Assembly: GCA_963796055.1 (NCBI GenBank)
Contig: CAWCKH010000001.1
Coordinates: 224,001 to 288,000 of the forward strand
Direction: 5' to 3'
Origin: an uncultured delta proteobacterium
GTDB taxonomy: Bacteria > Myxococcota > Myxococcia > Myxococcales > Myxococcaceae
Length of the DNA: 64,000 nt
In this document: in pieces, positions 50,964 to 60,720 of the stretch
How positions within the stretch are numbered: position 1 is the stretch's first letter
Layout of the letters: the number at the start of each line of letters is the position of its first letter
The notes under the pieces: model-generated
Databases searched by the model: none
The model's input: the letters and a program-made list of their open reading frames with translations, nothing else
Told to the model about the DNA's origin: nothing
Position numbers and translations under genes: made by a program

Positions 50964-51644
50964 ATGCGTCTCGTCCCCGTCGTCCTCGCGGCCTGCGCGG
51001 TCGCCCTGCCCGCCCTCGCCACGTCGGAGACCCGGAGCGTCTCGGGGTTCACCCGCATCGACCTCTCCGCCCCGGTGGACCTGGAGGTCCGTCCCGGCAA
51101 GTTCGGCGCGACCCTGGAGATGGACTCCGAGGTGGCCCGTCACCTCACCACCGAGGTGCAGGGGGACACCCTGCGGATCGCCCTCGACGGCTCGTACCTC
51201 AACCTCCACGGAAAGCAGCGGATCAAGGTCACCATGCCGGAGCTCCGTGGAGTGCACATCCAGGGGAGCGGGGACGCCGACATCGCCGGGTTCAAGGACC
51301 AGGAGAAGGTCGAGCTGCGCATCTCCGGCTCGGGCGACGTGAAGTTCACCGGCACGGTAGGCGGGCTGGCCGTGGCCATCGAGGGCTCGGGCGACGTGCT
51401 GCTCGCCGGGGGGCAGGCCGGCTCGCTCCAGGCAGGCATCCAGGGCTCGGGCAACCTCAAGGCGAACGACTTCAAGGCGAGAAACGTCTCGGTGTCGATC
51501 GACGGCTCGGGCGACGCCGAGGTCCGCGTGGCCGGGGGCGCGCTCAGCCTCTCGGTGAACGGCTCGGGGGACATCCGCTGGAGCGGCGAGGCGAGCGCGG
51601 TGAGCACCGCCACCCACGGCTCCGGGAGCATTGCCAAGCGCTGA
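50964..51644 (+). CDS. Secreted DUF2807/head-GIN-like beta-solenoid protein
   Basis: Signal peptide; repeated I-x-GSGD motifs; start could be 50934, 50955 or 50964. Confidence 0.88.
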   Translation: MRLVPVVLAACAVALPALATSETRSVSGFTRIDLSAPVDLEVRPGKFGATLEMDSEVARHLTTEVQGDTLRIALDGSYLNLHGKQRIKVTMPELRGVHIQGSGDADIAGFKDQEKVELRISGSGDVKFTGTVGGLAVAIEGSGDVLLAGGQAGSLQAGIQGSGNLKANDFKARNVSVSIDGSGDAEVRVAGGALSLSVNGSGDIRWSGEASAVSTATHGSGSIAKR

Positions 51645-51678
51645 GCGTTGCGCTCGGATTCTTCCCCGGAGGACCCCC

Positions 51679-52128
51679 ATGATCCGAGGCATCCACGGGC
51701 TGTTCTACTCGTCCGACCCGGACGCGACCCGCGCCTTCTTTCGCCATCAGGTCCAGCTGCCCGGCTCCGACATCGGCGAGGGCTGGTGGATCTTCGACCT
51801 CGCCGAAGGCGACCTCGGGGTCCATCCGGTCGAGGACGGTGGTGACGCCGGAAAGCACGACGTCTCATTCTACTGCGACGAGATCGAGAGGACGGTGAGC
51901 GATCTCCAGTCGCGGGGGGTGCGGTTCACCGGCCCGGTGCAGGACCACGGCTACGGGCTGGTCACGTACTTCGAGGCCCCCGGCGGCGTGCGGGTGCAGC
52001 TCTACCAGCCGCGGTACCAGAAGAAGCCCGCCCGGAAGCCGGCGAGGAAGACGCGACCGCCCGCACGAAAGACGAAGACGCGGCGGGCGGCAGCCACCCG
52101 GTCCCGGGCGGCTCCTCGGAGACGCTGA
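51679..52128 (+). CDS. VOC family protein with basic C-terminal tail
   Basis: H...YS.D.DATRAFF, SFYCDEI and DHGYG..T...PGG..VQLYQPRY motifs; GGAGG RBS. Confidence 0.88.
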   Translation: MIRGIHGLFYSSDPDATRAFFRHQVQLPGSDIGEGWWIFDLAEGDLGVHPVEDGGDAGKHDVSFYCDEIERTVSDLQSRGVRFTGPVQDHGYGLVTYFEAPGGVRVQLYQPRYQKKPARKPARKTRPPARKTKTRRAAATRSRAAPRRR

Positions 52129-52612
52129 GCGACTTCTCCATCTCGAAGAGCGGGACCCCGTGGAGGTCTCGCTCACCGCCCTGGCGGAGCGAGAACCCGG
52201 CGCGGCTGTAGAGGCCGATGGCCGCGTTCAGGAACGGCGTGGTCCTGAGGAAGACACGGGCGAGGCCCCGGTCCCGTCCGAAGCGCTCCGCCACCTCCAG
52301 GAGCGCCCGCCCGACGCCGTGGCCCCGGGCTCCGGGATGAACGGCCATGCTACGCAGGTGAAGCCCCTCGGGCCGGCAGTACGCGGACAGCGTGCCCACC
52401 GGCTCGTCCCCGAGGAGCGCGATCCAGACCGCTCCCTCGTCCATGCGCTGACGGAGCACCACCGCGTCCGGCAAGGTGGCGGCGAGCGCCTCCGGTGTGT
52501 ACTGCGACGCGATCTCGGCGAACGCCACCCGCAGCAGGAAGGAGAGGGTGGGCGCCTCGTCGGGTCTCGCACGGCGGACTCGAAGCGTCGGGGCTGGGGC
52601 TGGAACGTTCAT
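51962..52612 (-). CDS. GNAT family N-acetyltransferase
   Basis: MAVHPGARGHGVG acetyl-CoA motif, AIGLYSRAGF; domain ends near 52127 but the ORF runs to 51962. Confidence 0.85.
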   Translation of the reverse strand: MNVPAPAPTLRVRRARPDEAPTLSFLLRVAFAEIASQYTPEALAATLPDAVVLRQRMDEGAVWIALLGDEPVGTLSAYCRPEGLHLRSMAVHPGARGHGVGRALLEVAERFGRDRGLARVFLRTTPFLNAAIGLYSRAGFSLRQGGERDLHGVPLFEMEKSLSVSEEPPGTGWLPPAASSSFVRAVASSSPASGRASSGTAAGRAAPARRRGPRST

Positions 52613-52728
52613 CGAGGGAGGGTTTTCACCCGAACGGCAACGCCTGCACACGGCACAGCGCCCGTTCGCGAACGAAGGAACAGCACGGGGCGTTTCCACC
52701 GTGGCACACCGGGCATAGGTTCCGCCCC

Positions 52729-53616
52729 ATGGAATGGCAAGGCGGACGGCGCAGTGACAACGTCGAGGACGCCGGCCGCGGGGGCGGCCTGGGACGGCCC
52801 CTGGCGTTCGGCGGGGGCGCGGTCGGCATCATCGGCGCGATCCTCTTCTACCTGTTGACCGGACAGGTTCCCGACGTCCAGCAGGCGCCGTCGCCGAGCC
52901 AGGTCAGCCCGCAGTCACAGGCACAGCGGCCGCGCACCGCCGCCGAGCAGCAGCAGCGCGAGTTCGTCAGCGCGATCCTCGCCAGCACCGAGGACACCTG
53001 GAGCGCGGTGCTGCCGCAGCAGGCGCGGATCCAGTACCAGCCGCCGCGGCTCACGCTGTTCGAGGACGCGGTGGAGTCGGCGTGCGGATTCGCCCAGAGC
53101 GCGATGGGACCGTTCTACTGCCCGCCCGATCAGCGCGTGTACCTGGACCTCAGCTTCTTCAACCAGCTGGCGCGGATGGGCGCGCCCGGCGAGTTCGCGC
53201 GGGCCTACGTCATCGCTCACGAGGTGGGCCATCACCTGCAAGACCTCCTCGGCATCGAGCGGCGGGTTTCGCAGATGCGCCGGGCGGTGAGGAGCCGCGA
53301 GGACAGCAACGCTCTGAGCGTCCTCACCGAGCTGCAGGCGGACTGCTACGCCGGGGTCTGGGCACACCACGCGAACGCCAACTACAAGTCGAGCGACAAG
53401 GAGCAGCTCATCCAGCCCAGCGACATCGAGTCCGGCCTCGCCGCCGCGGCCTCGGTGGGCGACGACCGGCTGCAGAAGCAGTCCCGGGGCTACGTCGCGC
53501 CGGAGAGCTTCACCCACGGCTCGAGCGCGGAGCGCGTGTCGTGGTTCAAGACCGGGATGCAGACCGGCGAGCTCCGCGCCTGCGACACGTTCGGGAAGGC
53601 CGGGGTCCGACTCTGA
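52729..53616 (+). CDS. Neutral zinc metallopeptidase, YpfJ-like
   Basis: RRSDNVED, GPFYCP.D..VYLD, AHEVGHH, ELQADC and FTHGSS motifs. Confidence 0.93.
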   Translation: MEWQGGRRSDNVEDAGRGGGLGRPLAFGGGAVGIIGAILFYLLTGQVPDVQQAPSPSQVSPQSQAQRPRTAAEQQQREFVSAILASTEDTWSAVLPQQARIQYQPPRLTLFEDAVESACGFAQSAMGPFYCPPDQRVYLDLSFFNQLARMGAPGEFARAYVIAHEVGHHLQDLLGIERRVSQMRRAVRSREDSNALSVLTELQADCYAGVWAHHANANYKSSDKEQLIQPSDIESGLAAAASVGDDRLQKQSRGYVAPESFTHGSSAERVSWFKTGMQTGELRACDTFGKAGVRL

Positions 53617-53703
53617 GCGCCATCTTCGCGCACTGACTGTCGCCCCGGCGCGACCTGCTTCTGTGCCTGTGACCGGGGACCGGCGCGGGATACGGACCCT
53701 GCC

Positions 53704-54090
53704 ATGATTCAGCCGATCGAGGTGATCGCCGCGGCAGGTGCCCCGCCGGCCATCGGGCCCTACTCCCAGGCCATCCGGGCAGGTGACTTCGTCTTCGTCT
53801 CCGGGCAGGTACCGGTCGACGTGCGAACGGGCAAGCTCGCCGAGGGCATCGCCGCACAGACGCGCCAGGTGCTCGAAAATCTGGAGACCGTGCTCGCCGC
53901 GGCGGGCGCTTCACTCGAGCAGGTGGTCAAGGTGACCGTCTTCCTCGGACGCTGGGAGGACTTCCCGGCGATGAACGAGGTCTACGCGAGCTACTTCGGC
54001 GCGAAGCCGCCGGCGCGCTCGGTGCTCCAGGGACCGCGCATCCCCGAGGGCACGCTGGTCGGCCTCGAGGCCATCGCCTACCTGGGCTGA
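53704..54090 (+). CDS. RidA/Rid family enamine-imine deaminase
   Basis: IGPYSQA, VSGQ, MNEVY, PARS and EAIA motifs. Confidence 0.93.
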   Translation: MIQPIEVIAAAGAPPAIGPYSQAIRAGDFVFVSGQVPVDVRTGKLAEGIAAQTRQVLENLETVLAAAGASLEQVVKVTVFLGRWEDFPAMNEVYASYFGAKPPARSVLQGPRIPEGTLVGLEAIAYLG

Positions 54091-54506
54091 ACCCGGACGC
54101 GCGCCGGCGTCCACTGGCGCGCACGGCGCTCCAGCCGGCCCTCGGCGGTTTCCTGGCCGTAGTCCATCGGCGCGGGCCCCTGGGTGAACTCGGCCCGGGC
54201 GTCGAGGGCTCGGGTGTTCACCACCGCCCTGCCCTCCCCGCCGACCTTCACGTACCCGCCGACGTAGACCCCACACCGAGGACAGACCCAGAAGTCGGTC
54301 ATCCCCGTGCCGAACCGATACCAGCCTTCCGGTGGGACCTCGGCCACGGTGAGCACGACCTCGCCCGCCGGATCGGAGGTGGTGAGCCCGCCGTGGCGCC
54401 GACAGAACGTGCACTGGCAGGCGCGCAACGGCAGCTCGGTCGGCGACTTCGCCGTGGTGAACGACACGTGGAGCCGCCCGCAGTGACAACCGCCCTCGAG
54501 TGTCAT
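54078..54506 (-). CDS. GFA/CENP-V family protein
   Basis: GGCHCG, CQCTFC and CPRCG motifs. Confidence 0.9.
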   Translation of the reverse strand: MTLEGGCHCGRLHVSFTTAKSPTELPLRACQCTFCRRHGGLTTSDPAGEVVLTVAEVPPEGWYRFGTGMTDFWVCPRCGVYVGGYVKVGGEGRAVVNTRALDARAEFTQGPAPMDYGQETAEGRLERRARQWTPARVRVQPR

Positions 54507-54518
54507 CCGGACTTCCTC

Positions 54519-55496
54519 CTACTGGGCCGGCGCGGTCCGCCGGCGCGCCTGGGCCCGGTCGCGCTCGCCCAGCGCCGCCTGCAGATATTTCCCGGACAGC
54601 TTCCGACCGATCAGCTCCTGGGCAACCTCGCCCGCCTCCACCAGCTTCGGCAGGTCGATGCCGGTCTCCACGCCCATCCGCTGGAGCATGTTCACCACGT
54701 CCTCGGACGCTAGATTTCCCGCCGCCCCCGGCGCGTAGGGACAGCCGCCCAGCCCACCGATACTGGCGTCGAAGGTCGTCACCCCGGCGGAGAGGCCGAC
54801 CAGCGCATTGGCCAGCGCCAGCCCGCGGGTGTCGTGCAGGTGCAGCGCGAGCCGGTCCACCGGCACGTGCCGGGCGACCGCGACCAGGATCTCCTCGGTC
54901 TGGTTCGGCACCCCCACCCCCACCGTGTCTCCCAGGCTCAGCTGGTAGATGCCCATGTCCGCCAGCCGCCGGCAGAGGTCCACCACCCGGTCGAGCGGGA
55001 CCGAGCCCTCGTAGGGGCAACCCCAGACCACGCTGAGGTATGCCCGCACCCGCATGCCCGCGGCGAGCGCGCCGCGGGTGACGTCGCCGGCGACCGAGAG
55101 CGCCTCGGCGATGCTCTTGTTGATGTTCTTCTTGCTGTGGGTCTCGCTGGCGGAGATGAACACCGCCGCCTCGGCGAGCCCGGCGGCACGGGCGCGATCG
55201 AGCCCCTTCAGATTGGGGACCAGCGCCGAGTAGGTCACGCCGGGCACCCGGGGAAGGCTCCGCAGGACCTCCTCGGCGTCCGCCAGCTGGGGGATCCACC
55301 GGGGGCTGACGAAGGAGGTGGCCTCGATGCGCCGCTCCCCCGCGGCCACCAGCGCGGCGATCAGCCGGAGCTTTCCCTCCAGCGGAACGATGCGGAGCTC
55401 GTTCTGGAGCCCGTCGCGGGGACCGACCTCGTAGACGTCGACGTGCGCCGGGAGCTTCCCCGTCAGGCGCGCGGCTGGATGTGCTGACGGATCCAC
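54519..55496 (-). CDS. Hydroxymethylglutaryl-CoA lyase
   Basis: [22 protein letters not shown] and [13 protein letters not shown] motifs; start uncertain. Confidence 0.93.
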   Translation of the reverse strand: MDPSAHPAARLTGKLPAHVDVYEVGPRDGLQNELRIVPLEGKLRLIAALVAAGERRIEATSFVSPRWIPQLADAEEVLRSLPRVPGVTYSALVPNLKGLDRARAAGLAEAAVFISASETHSKKNINKSIAEALSVAGDVTRGALAAGMRVRAYLSVVWGCPYEGSVPLDRVVDLCRRLADMGIYQLSLGDTVGVGVPNQTEEILVAVARHVPVDRLALHLHDTRGLALANALVGLSAGVTTFDASIGGLGGCPYAPGAAGNLASEDVVNMLQRMGVETGIDLPKLVEAGEVAQELIGRKLSGKYLQAALGERDRAQARRRTAPAQ

Positions 55497-55867
55497 TGGA
55501 CGATGTCCTGGGTCGAGCTGCCCGGGGTGAAGATCTCGGACACGCCCAGCTGCTTCAGCCGAGGAATGTCGTCGTCGGGGATGATGCCGCCGCCGAACAC
55601 CTCGATGTCCCCGGCCTTCTGCTCCCTGAGCAGGTCGATCACCGCGGGGAAGAGCGTCATGTGGGCGCCGGACATGATGGACAGGCCAATAGCGTCCACG
55701 TCCTCCTGGACGGCGGCGTTGACGATCATCTCCGGGGTCTGGTGGAGCCCGGTGTAGATGACCTCCATCCCGGCGTCCCGGAGGGCGCGGGCGATGATCT
55801 TCGCCCCGCGATCGTGTCCATCCAGACCCGGCTTGGCGACGAGGATTCTGAGCTTCCTGTCAGGCAT
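55463..55867 (-). CDS. Cobalamin-binding small subunit of an acyl-CoA mutase
   Basis: [10 protein letters not shown] (DxHxxG), SGAH, GGIIP and FTPG motifs. Confidence 0.95.
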   Translation of the reverse strand: MPDRKLRILVAKPGLDGHDRGAKIIARALRDAGMEVIYTGLHQTPEMIVNAAVQEDVDAIGLSIMSGAHMTLFPAVIDLLREQKAGDIEVFGGGIIPDDDIPRLKQLGVSEIFTPGSSTQDIVQWIRQHIQPRA

Positions 55868-55878
55868 CCGAGAACCCT

Positions 55879-57684
55879 TCAGAAGATTCCACCTTCTCGA
55901 TACTGCCCCCAGACCTTCCGGAAGACATCCGAGATCTCGCCGAGGGTGGCGTAAGCCTTCACCGCCTCCAGCACCGGAGGCATCATGTTGTCCGAGCCCC
56001 GGGCGGCAGCCTCGACCTTCGCCAGGGCCGCGGCGACGGCGGCGGGGTTCCGCTCGGCCTTCACCTGGCGAATCCGGGCGCTCTGGTCCTCGGCGACCCG
56101 CTCGTCGATCTTGAGGATCTGCACCGGCTCGTGGCGATCGCTCTCGAAGACGTTCACCCCCACGATCAGCCGCTCGCCCTGCTCCACCTCGCGCTGGTAG
56201 CGGTAGGCGCTCTCGCCGATCTCCTTCTGGGGGTAGCCCTCCTCGACCGCGCGGATGATGCCGCCCATCTCGTCGATGCGGCGGAGGTACTCCAGCGCCC
56301 GCTTCTCCATCTCGTCGGTGAGGTACTCCACGTAGTAGCTGCCGCCCAGCGGGTCGACCACCCGGTCCACCCCCGACTCGTGGGCGATGAGCTGCTGGGT
56401 GCGGAGCGCCAGGGTGACCGACTCCTCGGTGGGCAGGGCGTAGGTCTCGTCCAGCGAGTTGGTGTGCAGCGACTGCGTGCCGCCGAGCACCGCAGCCAGC
56501 CCCTGCAGCGCGGTGCGCACCACGTTGTTGTACGGCTGCTGGGCGGTGAGGCTCACCCCGGCGGTCTGGGCGTGGGTCCGCAGCTGCCAGCTCCGTGGGT
56601 CCCGGGCGCCGAAGCGGTCTCGCATCACCCGGGCCCAGATGCGGCGGGCGGCGCGGAACTTGGCGATCTCCTCGAAGAAGTCGTTGTGGACGTCCCAGAA
56701 GAACGAGAGGCGGGCGGCGAAGTCGTCCACCGCCATGCCCCGCTTCACGCACTCCTCGACGTAGCCGATGCCGTCGGCGAGGGTGAACGCCAGCTCCTGG
56801 ACCGCCGTCGCCCCGGCCTCACGGATGTGGTAGCCGCTGATCGACACCGGGTGCCAGCGGGGCATGTGCCGGCTGCAGAAGTCGATCATGTCGACCACGA
56901 TGCGCACCGCCGGCCGGGGTGGAACGATCCACTCCTTCTGGGCGATGTACTCCTTCAGCATGTCGTTCTGGATGGTCCCCCCCAGCTTCCCCATGGGGAC
57001 GCCCTGCTTCTCGGCCACCGCGATGTACATGCACAGCGCCACGATGGCCGAGGCGTTGATGGTCATCGAGGTGGTGACCTGATCGAGCGGGATGCCGTCG
57101 AAGAGGATCTCGAAGTCGCGCAGCGTGGAGATGGCCACGCCCTCCTTGCCGACCTCGCCCCGGCTCATCGAGTGGTCGGCGTCGTAGCCCATGAGCGCTG
57201 GCATGTCGAAGGCCGTGGAGAGGCCCGTCGTGCCGTGCGCCATGAGGTACTTGAAGCGCTGGTTGGTGTCGGCCGGCGAGCCGAAGCCGGCGAACATCCG
57301 CATCGTCCACAGCCGGCCGCGGTACATCGTCGGTTGCACGCCGCGGGTGTACGGGAACTGGCCTGGAAGCCCGAGGTCACCCACGTCCTCCCGCGCCCGG
57401 TCCGCCGCGGTCACCACCGTGGGGAGGGGAATCCCCGAGTCGGTCACGAACTCGGTCCGGCGCGCCGGGGCCCGGGCGATGCTCTTCGCCACCTCTCCCC
57501 GCTCCCAGGCCTTCTGCGCCGCCGCCAGCTGCCGCACGGTCGCAGCGTCGTAGGTCCGCTGGGCCGGCCGGCGCCTCTTCCCCTCGCTCGAGGCTGCCTT
57601 GGTGGCTGCCGGCCGCGAGGCACGGGCGGTCCGGGGGCTCTTCACGGCTCGCAGCTTCTTCGGGGAACGCCTGGCGGGGGACAT
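55879..57684 (-). CDS. Acyl-CoA mutase large subunit (methylmalonyl-CoA mutase family, ICM-like residues)
   Basis: [34 protein letters not shown] and QSLHTN motifs. Confidence 0.93.
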   Translation of the reverse strand: MSPARRSPKKLRAVKSPRTARASRPAATKAASSEGKRRRPAQRTYDAATVRQLAAAQKAWERGEVAKSIARAPARRTEFVTDSGIPLPTVVTAADRAREDVGDLGLPGQFPYTRGVQPTMYRGRLWTMRMFAGFGSPADTNQRFKYLMAHGTTGLSTAFDMPALMGYDADHSMSRGEVGKEGVAISTLRDFEILFDGIPLDQVTTSMTINASAIVALCMYIAVAEKQGVPMGKLGGTIQNDMLKEYIAQKEWIVPPRPAVRIVVDMIDFCSRHMPRWHPVSISGYHIREAGATAVQELAFTLADGIGYVEECVKRGMAVDDFAARLSFFWDVHNDFFEEIAKFRAARRIWARVMRDRFGARDPRSWQLRTHAQTAGVSLTAQQPYNNVVRTALQGLAAVLGGTQSLHTNSLDETYALPTEESVTLALRTQQLIAHESGVDRVVDPLGGSYYVEYLTDEMEKRALEYLRRIDEMGGIIRAVEEGYPQKEIGESAYRYQREVEQGERLIVGVNVFESDRHEPVQILKIDERVAEDQSARIRQVKAERNPAAVAAALAKVEAAARGSDNMMPPVLEAVKAYATLGEISDVFRKVWGQYREGGIF

Positions 57685-57823
57685 GTGCCCGTGCCTCTAC
57701 CATCGGGATCGGGCCCCTTCAATCGACCGGACTTGCTGAGAGTTCCGGGGCGGCCGCGGAGCGCTGATCCCGGTCGGCGGGCGGCATCCGCGGGCCGGCC
57801 CCGATGCGCGACCGAGCCAGTTT

Positions 57824-57869
57824 TTGCTCACTTCGATGAAACTGAGCAATGTTTTGCCCATGCTATAAA
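57824..57869 (+). promoter_or_regulatory. Inverted repeat plus extended -10-like element upstream of spt
   Basis: TTGCTCA-N12-TGAGCAA (57824-57849) and TGCTATAAA (57861-57869) in an AT-rich divergent gap. Confidence 0.5.
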
Positions 57870-57956
57870 CTGGACTCAAGCGGCTGTCTTTCCTGGCATT
57901 TTACCGGCTCCGCTTTCCTTGACTACACAGTCACCGGTCCGTACAAGCACCCTTCC

Positions 57957-59492
57957 ATGCGCGACGTCTTCGACAAGTGCCCAGCATTCAAGGACGACCG
58001 GATCGCCAAGGCAGCGGGCCTCTACCCGTACTTCCGGCCCATCGAGGCCTCACACGGGAGCACCGAGGTCGACATCGAGGGCCGCCGGGTCATCATGGTC
58101 GGCTCGAACAACTACCTGGGCCTCGCCGGTGACCCACGGGTGAAGGAGGCGGCCATCGAGGCGATCCGCCGCTTCGGGACCACCTGCTCGGGGAGCCGGC
58201 TGCTGAACGGGACGTTGACCCTCCACGAGGAGCTCGAGTCCCGCCTGGCCAAGTTCCTCAACCGCCAGGCGGCGCTGGCCTGCTCCACCGGATTCCAGAC
58301 CAACGTGGCCACGGTCTCGGCCATCCTCGGCCGGCACGACATCGTCTTCACCGACCGGCAGAACCATGCGTCGCTGGTGGACGGGGTGCGGCTCGGGTTC
58401 GCCGAGGAGAAGCGCTACCGGCACCAGGACATGGGTCACCTCGAGTCGATGCTCGAGTCCGCCGATCCCGAGGCCGGGAAGATCATCATCACCGACGGCG
58501 TGTTCTCGATGGAGGGGGACCTCTGCAACCTCCCCAAGATCGTCGAGCTGGCCCAGAAGTACCGGGCCCGGGTGATGACCGACGACGCCCACTCCATGGG
58601 CGTGCTCGGCGCGCACGGCCGCGGCACCGCCGAGTACTTCGGGCTGGAGGCCCAGACCGACCTGGTCATGGGCACCTTCAGCAAGAGCTTCGCCAGCCTG
58701 GGCGGGGTCATCGCCGGCCCCTACGACGTCATCAACTTCATCAAGCACCGGGCCCGTCCGGTGGTCTTCAGCGCGTCGATGACCCCGCCCAGCGTGGCCT
58801 CGGCGCTCAAGGCCCTCGACATCATCGAGGCCGAGCCGCAGCGCCGGACGCGTCTGCTGGATATCGCGGAGAAGATGCACAACGGCTTCCGGGCGATGGG
58901 CTTCGACACCGGCGTGTCGGTCACCCCCGTGGTGCCGGTGCTGGTCGGTGATCAGGTGAAGTGCTTCCGCTTCTGGAAGGCGCTGTTCGAGGCGGGCGTG
59001 TTCACCAACCCGGTCATCCCCCCGGCGGTGGAGCCCGGGCACGCCCTGCTCCGGACCAGCTACATGGCCACCCACACCGACGCCCAGCTCGACCGGGTCC
59101 TCGAGGCGTTCGAGAAGATCGGCCGCCGGATGAGCATCATCCCCGAGACCCGCCCCACCAGCTTCGTGCCGGTGAAGGTGGCCCGGCCCGGAACCTTCGT
59201 CACCGCGAACCAGGCCTCCCAGCGCTGGGCGGCGGCATCGGCCGGTCTCCTCGCCGACCGGGGCCTCTCGCTCGAGGCCATCTCCAAGCTCTCCGGCCGC
59301 GACGTGGCCCGGAAGCTGGCCGATGCGGTGGAGACCCTGACCTGGCGGGCCGCCAACTTGCAGCCCGAGGACCTCAAGCGGCTCGGTTCGGCCCCCTTGC
59401 GTCTTTGGGAGAAGCGGACCGAGATCCCGGGCCTGATTCTCGAAAAGGGCGCCAATCTGTTCATGAAGAACGGCAAGCAGCCCGACGCCTGA
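57957..59492 (+). CDS. spt: Serine palmitoyltransferase-like alpha-oxoamine synthase with C-terminal extension
   Basis: GSNNYLGL, GSRLLNGT, NHAS, DDAH and GTFSKS PLP-Lys motif; bCerS-like neighbours. Confidence 0.82.
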   Translation: MRDVFDKCPAFKDDRIAKAAGLYPYFRPIEASHGSTEVDIEGRRVIMVGSNNYLGLAGDPRVKEAAIEAIRRFGTTCSGSRLLNGTLTLHEELESRLAKFLNRQAALACSTGFQTNVATVSAILGRHDIVFTDRQNHASLVDGVRLGFAEEKRYRHQDMGHLESMLESADPEAGKIIITDGVFSMEGDLCNLPKIVELAQKYRARVMTDDAHSMGVLGAHGRGTAEYFGLEAQTDLVMGTFSKSFASLGGVIAGPYDVINFIKHRARPVVFSASMTPPSVASALKALDIIEAEPQRRTRLLDIAEKMHNGFRAMGFDTGVSVTPVVPVLVGDQVKCFRFWKALFEAGVFTNPVIPPAVEPGHALLRTSYMATHTDAQLDRVLEAFEKIGRRMSIIPETRPTSFVPVKVARPGTFVTANQASQRWAAASAGLLADRGLSLEAISKLSGRDVARKLADAVETLTWRAANLQPEDLKRLGSAPLRLWEKRTEIPGLILEKGANLFMKNGKQPDA

Positions 59493-59517
59493 GCCCCGAG
59501 CCCGGAGTCACGACCGC

Positions 59518-60699
59518 ATGCCTGCTTCCGTGAAGAAGCTTCGAGCAGTGGAGAGCTCTGTCCCCGCCGCGTCCGACGTGACGGTCACCCCGGTGCAGAG
59601 CACGCAGGACCGCGAGGCCTTCATCCGCTTCCCCTACACGCTCTACGCCGGCGACCCGAACTGGGTCCCGCCGCTGGAGATGGAGCGGAAGGACTTTCTG
59701 GATCCGAAGAAGAACCCCTGGTTCGAGTTCGGCAACGCCGAGCTGTTCCTGGCCCGGCGCAACGGGCAGGTGGTGGGCCGGATCGCCGCCGTCGATGACC
59801 CGCACTGGAACGACTTCTACAAGAGCCGCACCGGCTTCTTCGGGATGTTCGAGTCCATCGACGACCCGGCGGTGGCCAGAGGGCTGTTCGACGCCGCGGC
59901 CTCGTGGGTCAAGGCGCAGGGCTTCCCGGAGATGATGGGGCCGTTCAACTTCAGCACCAACTACGAGTGCGCGGTGCTGGTGGAGGGCTTCGAGTCGCCG
60001 CCCGCGGTGATGATGACCTACAACCCGCGGTACTACGACGCGCTCTACACCGGCGCCGGGTTCACCAAGGCCAAGGACCTCTGGGCCTACGACCTGTCGA
60101 GCTCCGTCCCCCCGCCGGAGCGGGTGGTGCGGATCTCGGAGAAGATCCGGCAGCGGGAGGGCATCGTCGTCCGCTCCATCCGGATGAAGGACTACGCCGC
60201 CGAGGTCCGCCGGGTGAAGGAGATCTACAACGCGGCCTGGGAGGACAACTGGGGCTTCGTCCCCATGACCGACCACGAGTTCGATCACATGGCCAAGGAG
60301 ATGAAGGCCATCATCCGGCCCGAGCTGGTGCTCATCGCCGAGGTGAAGGGCGAGCCGGTGGCCTTCTCCATGACCATCCCCGACGCGAACTTCGCGCTGA
60401 AGGCCGCCGGTGGGCGACTCACCAAGTTCGGGCTCCCCATCGGACTGGTGAAGCTGCTCCTTGCCTCGAAGCGGATCCGCCGGCTGCGGCTCATCACCCT
60501 GGGCATCAAGGAGGGGTTCCGGAAGCGCGGCATCGACGCGGTGCTGTACCTGGACACGCTCACCACCGCGAAGAAGCTCGGGTACAGCGGCGGGGAGATC
60601 TCCTGGACGCTCGAGGACAACCACCTGGTCAACCGGGCGATCGAGATGATGGGCGGCAGGAAGACCAAGACCTACCGGGTCTACCGGCGGGCGGTCTGA
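59518..60699 (+). CDS. GNAT-fold bacterial ceramide synthase-like protein, paralog 1
   Basis: WVPPL, NPWF, GRIAA, GFFG.FE, GPFNFSTN, G.LVEGF-type, YNP.YY, NWGFVP and SWTLEDN motifs. Confidence 0.8.
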   Translation: MPASVKKLRAVESSVPAASDVTVTPVQSTQDREAFIRFPYTLYAGDPNWVPPLEMERKDFLDPKKNPWFEFGNAELFLARRNGQVVGRIAAVDDPHWNDFYKSRTGFFGMFESIDDPAVARGLFDAAASWVKAQGFPEMMGPFNFSTNYECAVLVEGFESPPAVMMTYNPRYYDALYTGAGFTKAKDLWAYDLSSSVPPPERVVRISEKIRQREGIVVRSIRMKDYAAEVRRVKEIYNAAWEDNWGFVPMTDHEFDHMAKEMKAIIRPELVLIAEVKGEPVAFSMTIPDANFALKAAGGRLTKFGLPIGLVKLLLASKRIRRLRLITLGIKEGFRKRGIDAVLYLDTLTTAKKLGYSGGEISWTLEDNHLVNRAIEMMGGRKTKTYRVYRRAV

Positions 60700-60720
60700 G
60701 CGGGAGCCACGGGACTCACG

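Noticed and set aside
52701..52716. Sigma54 promoter upstream of the zinc metallopeptidase (TGGCAC...)
   Set aside because: The GG-N10-GC spacing is not satisfied.
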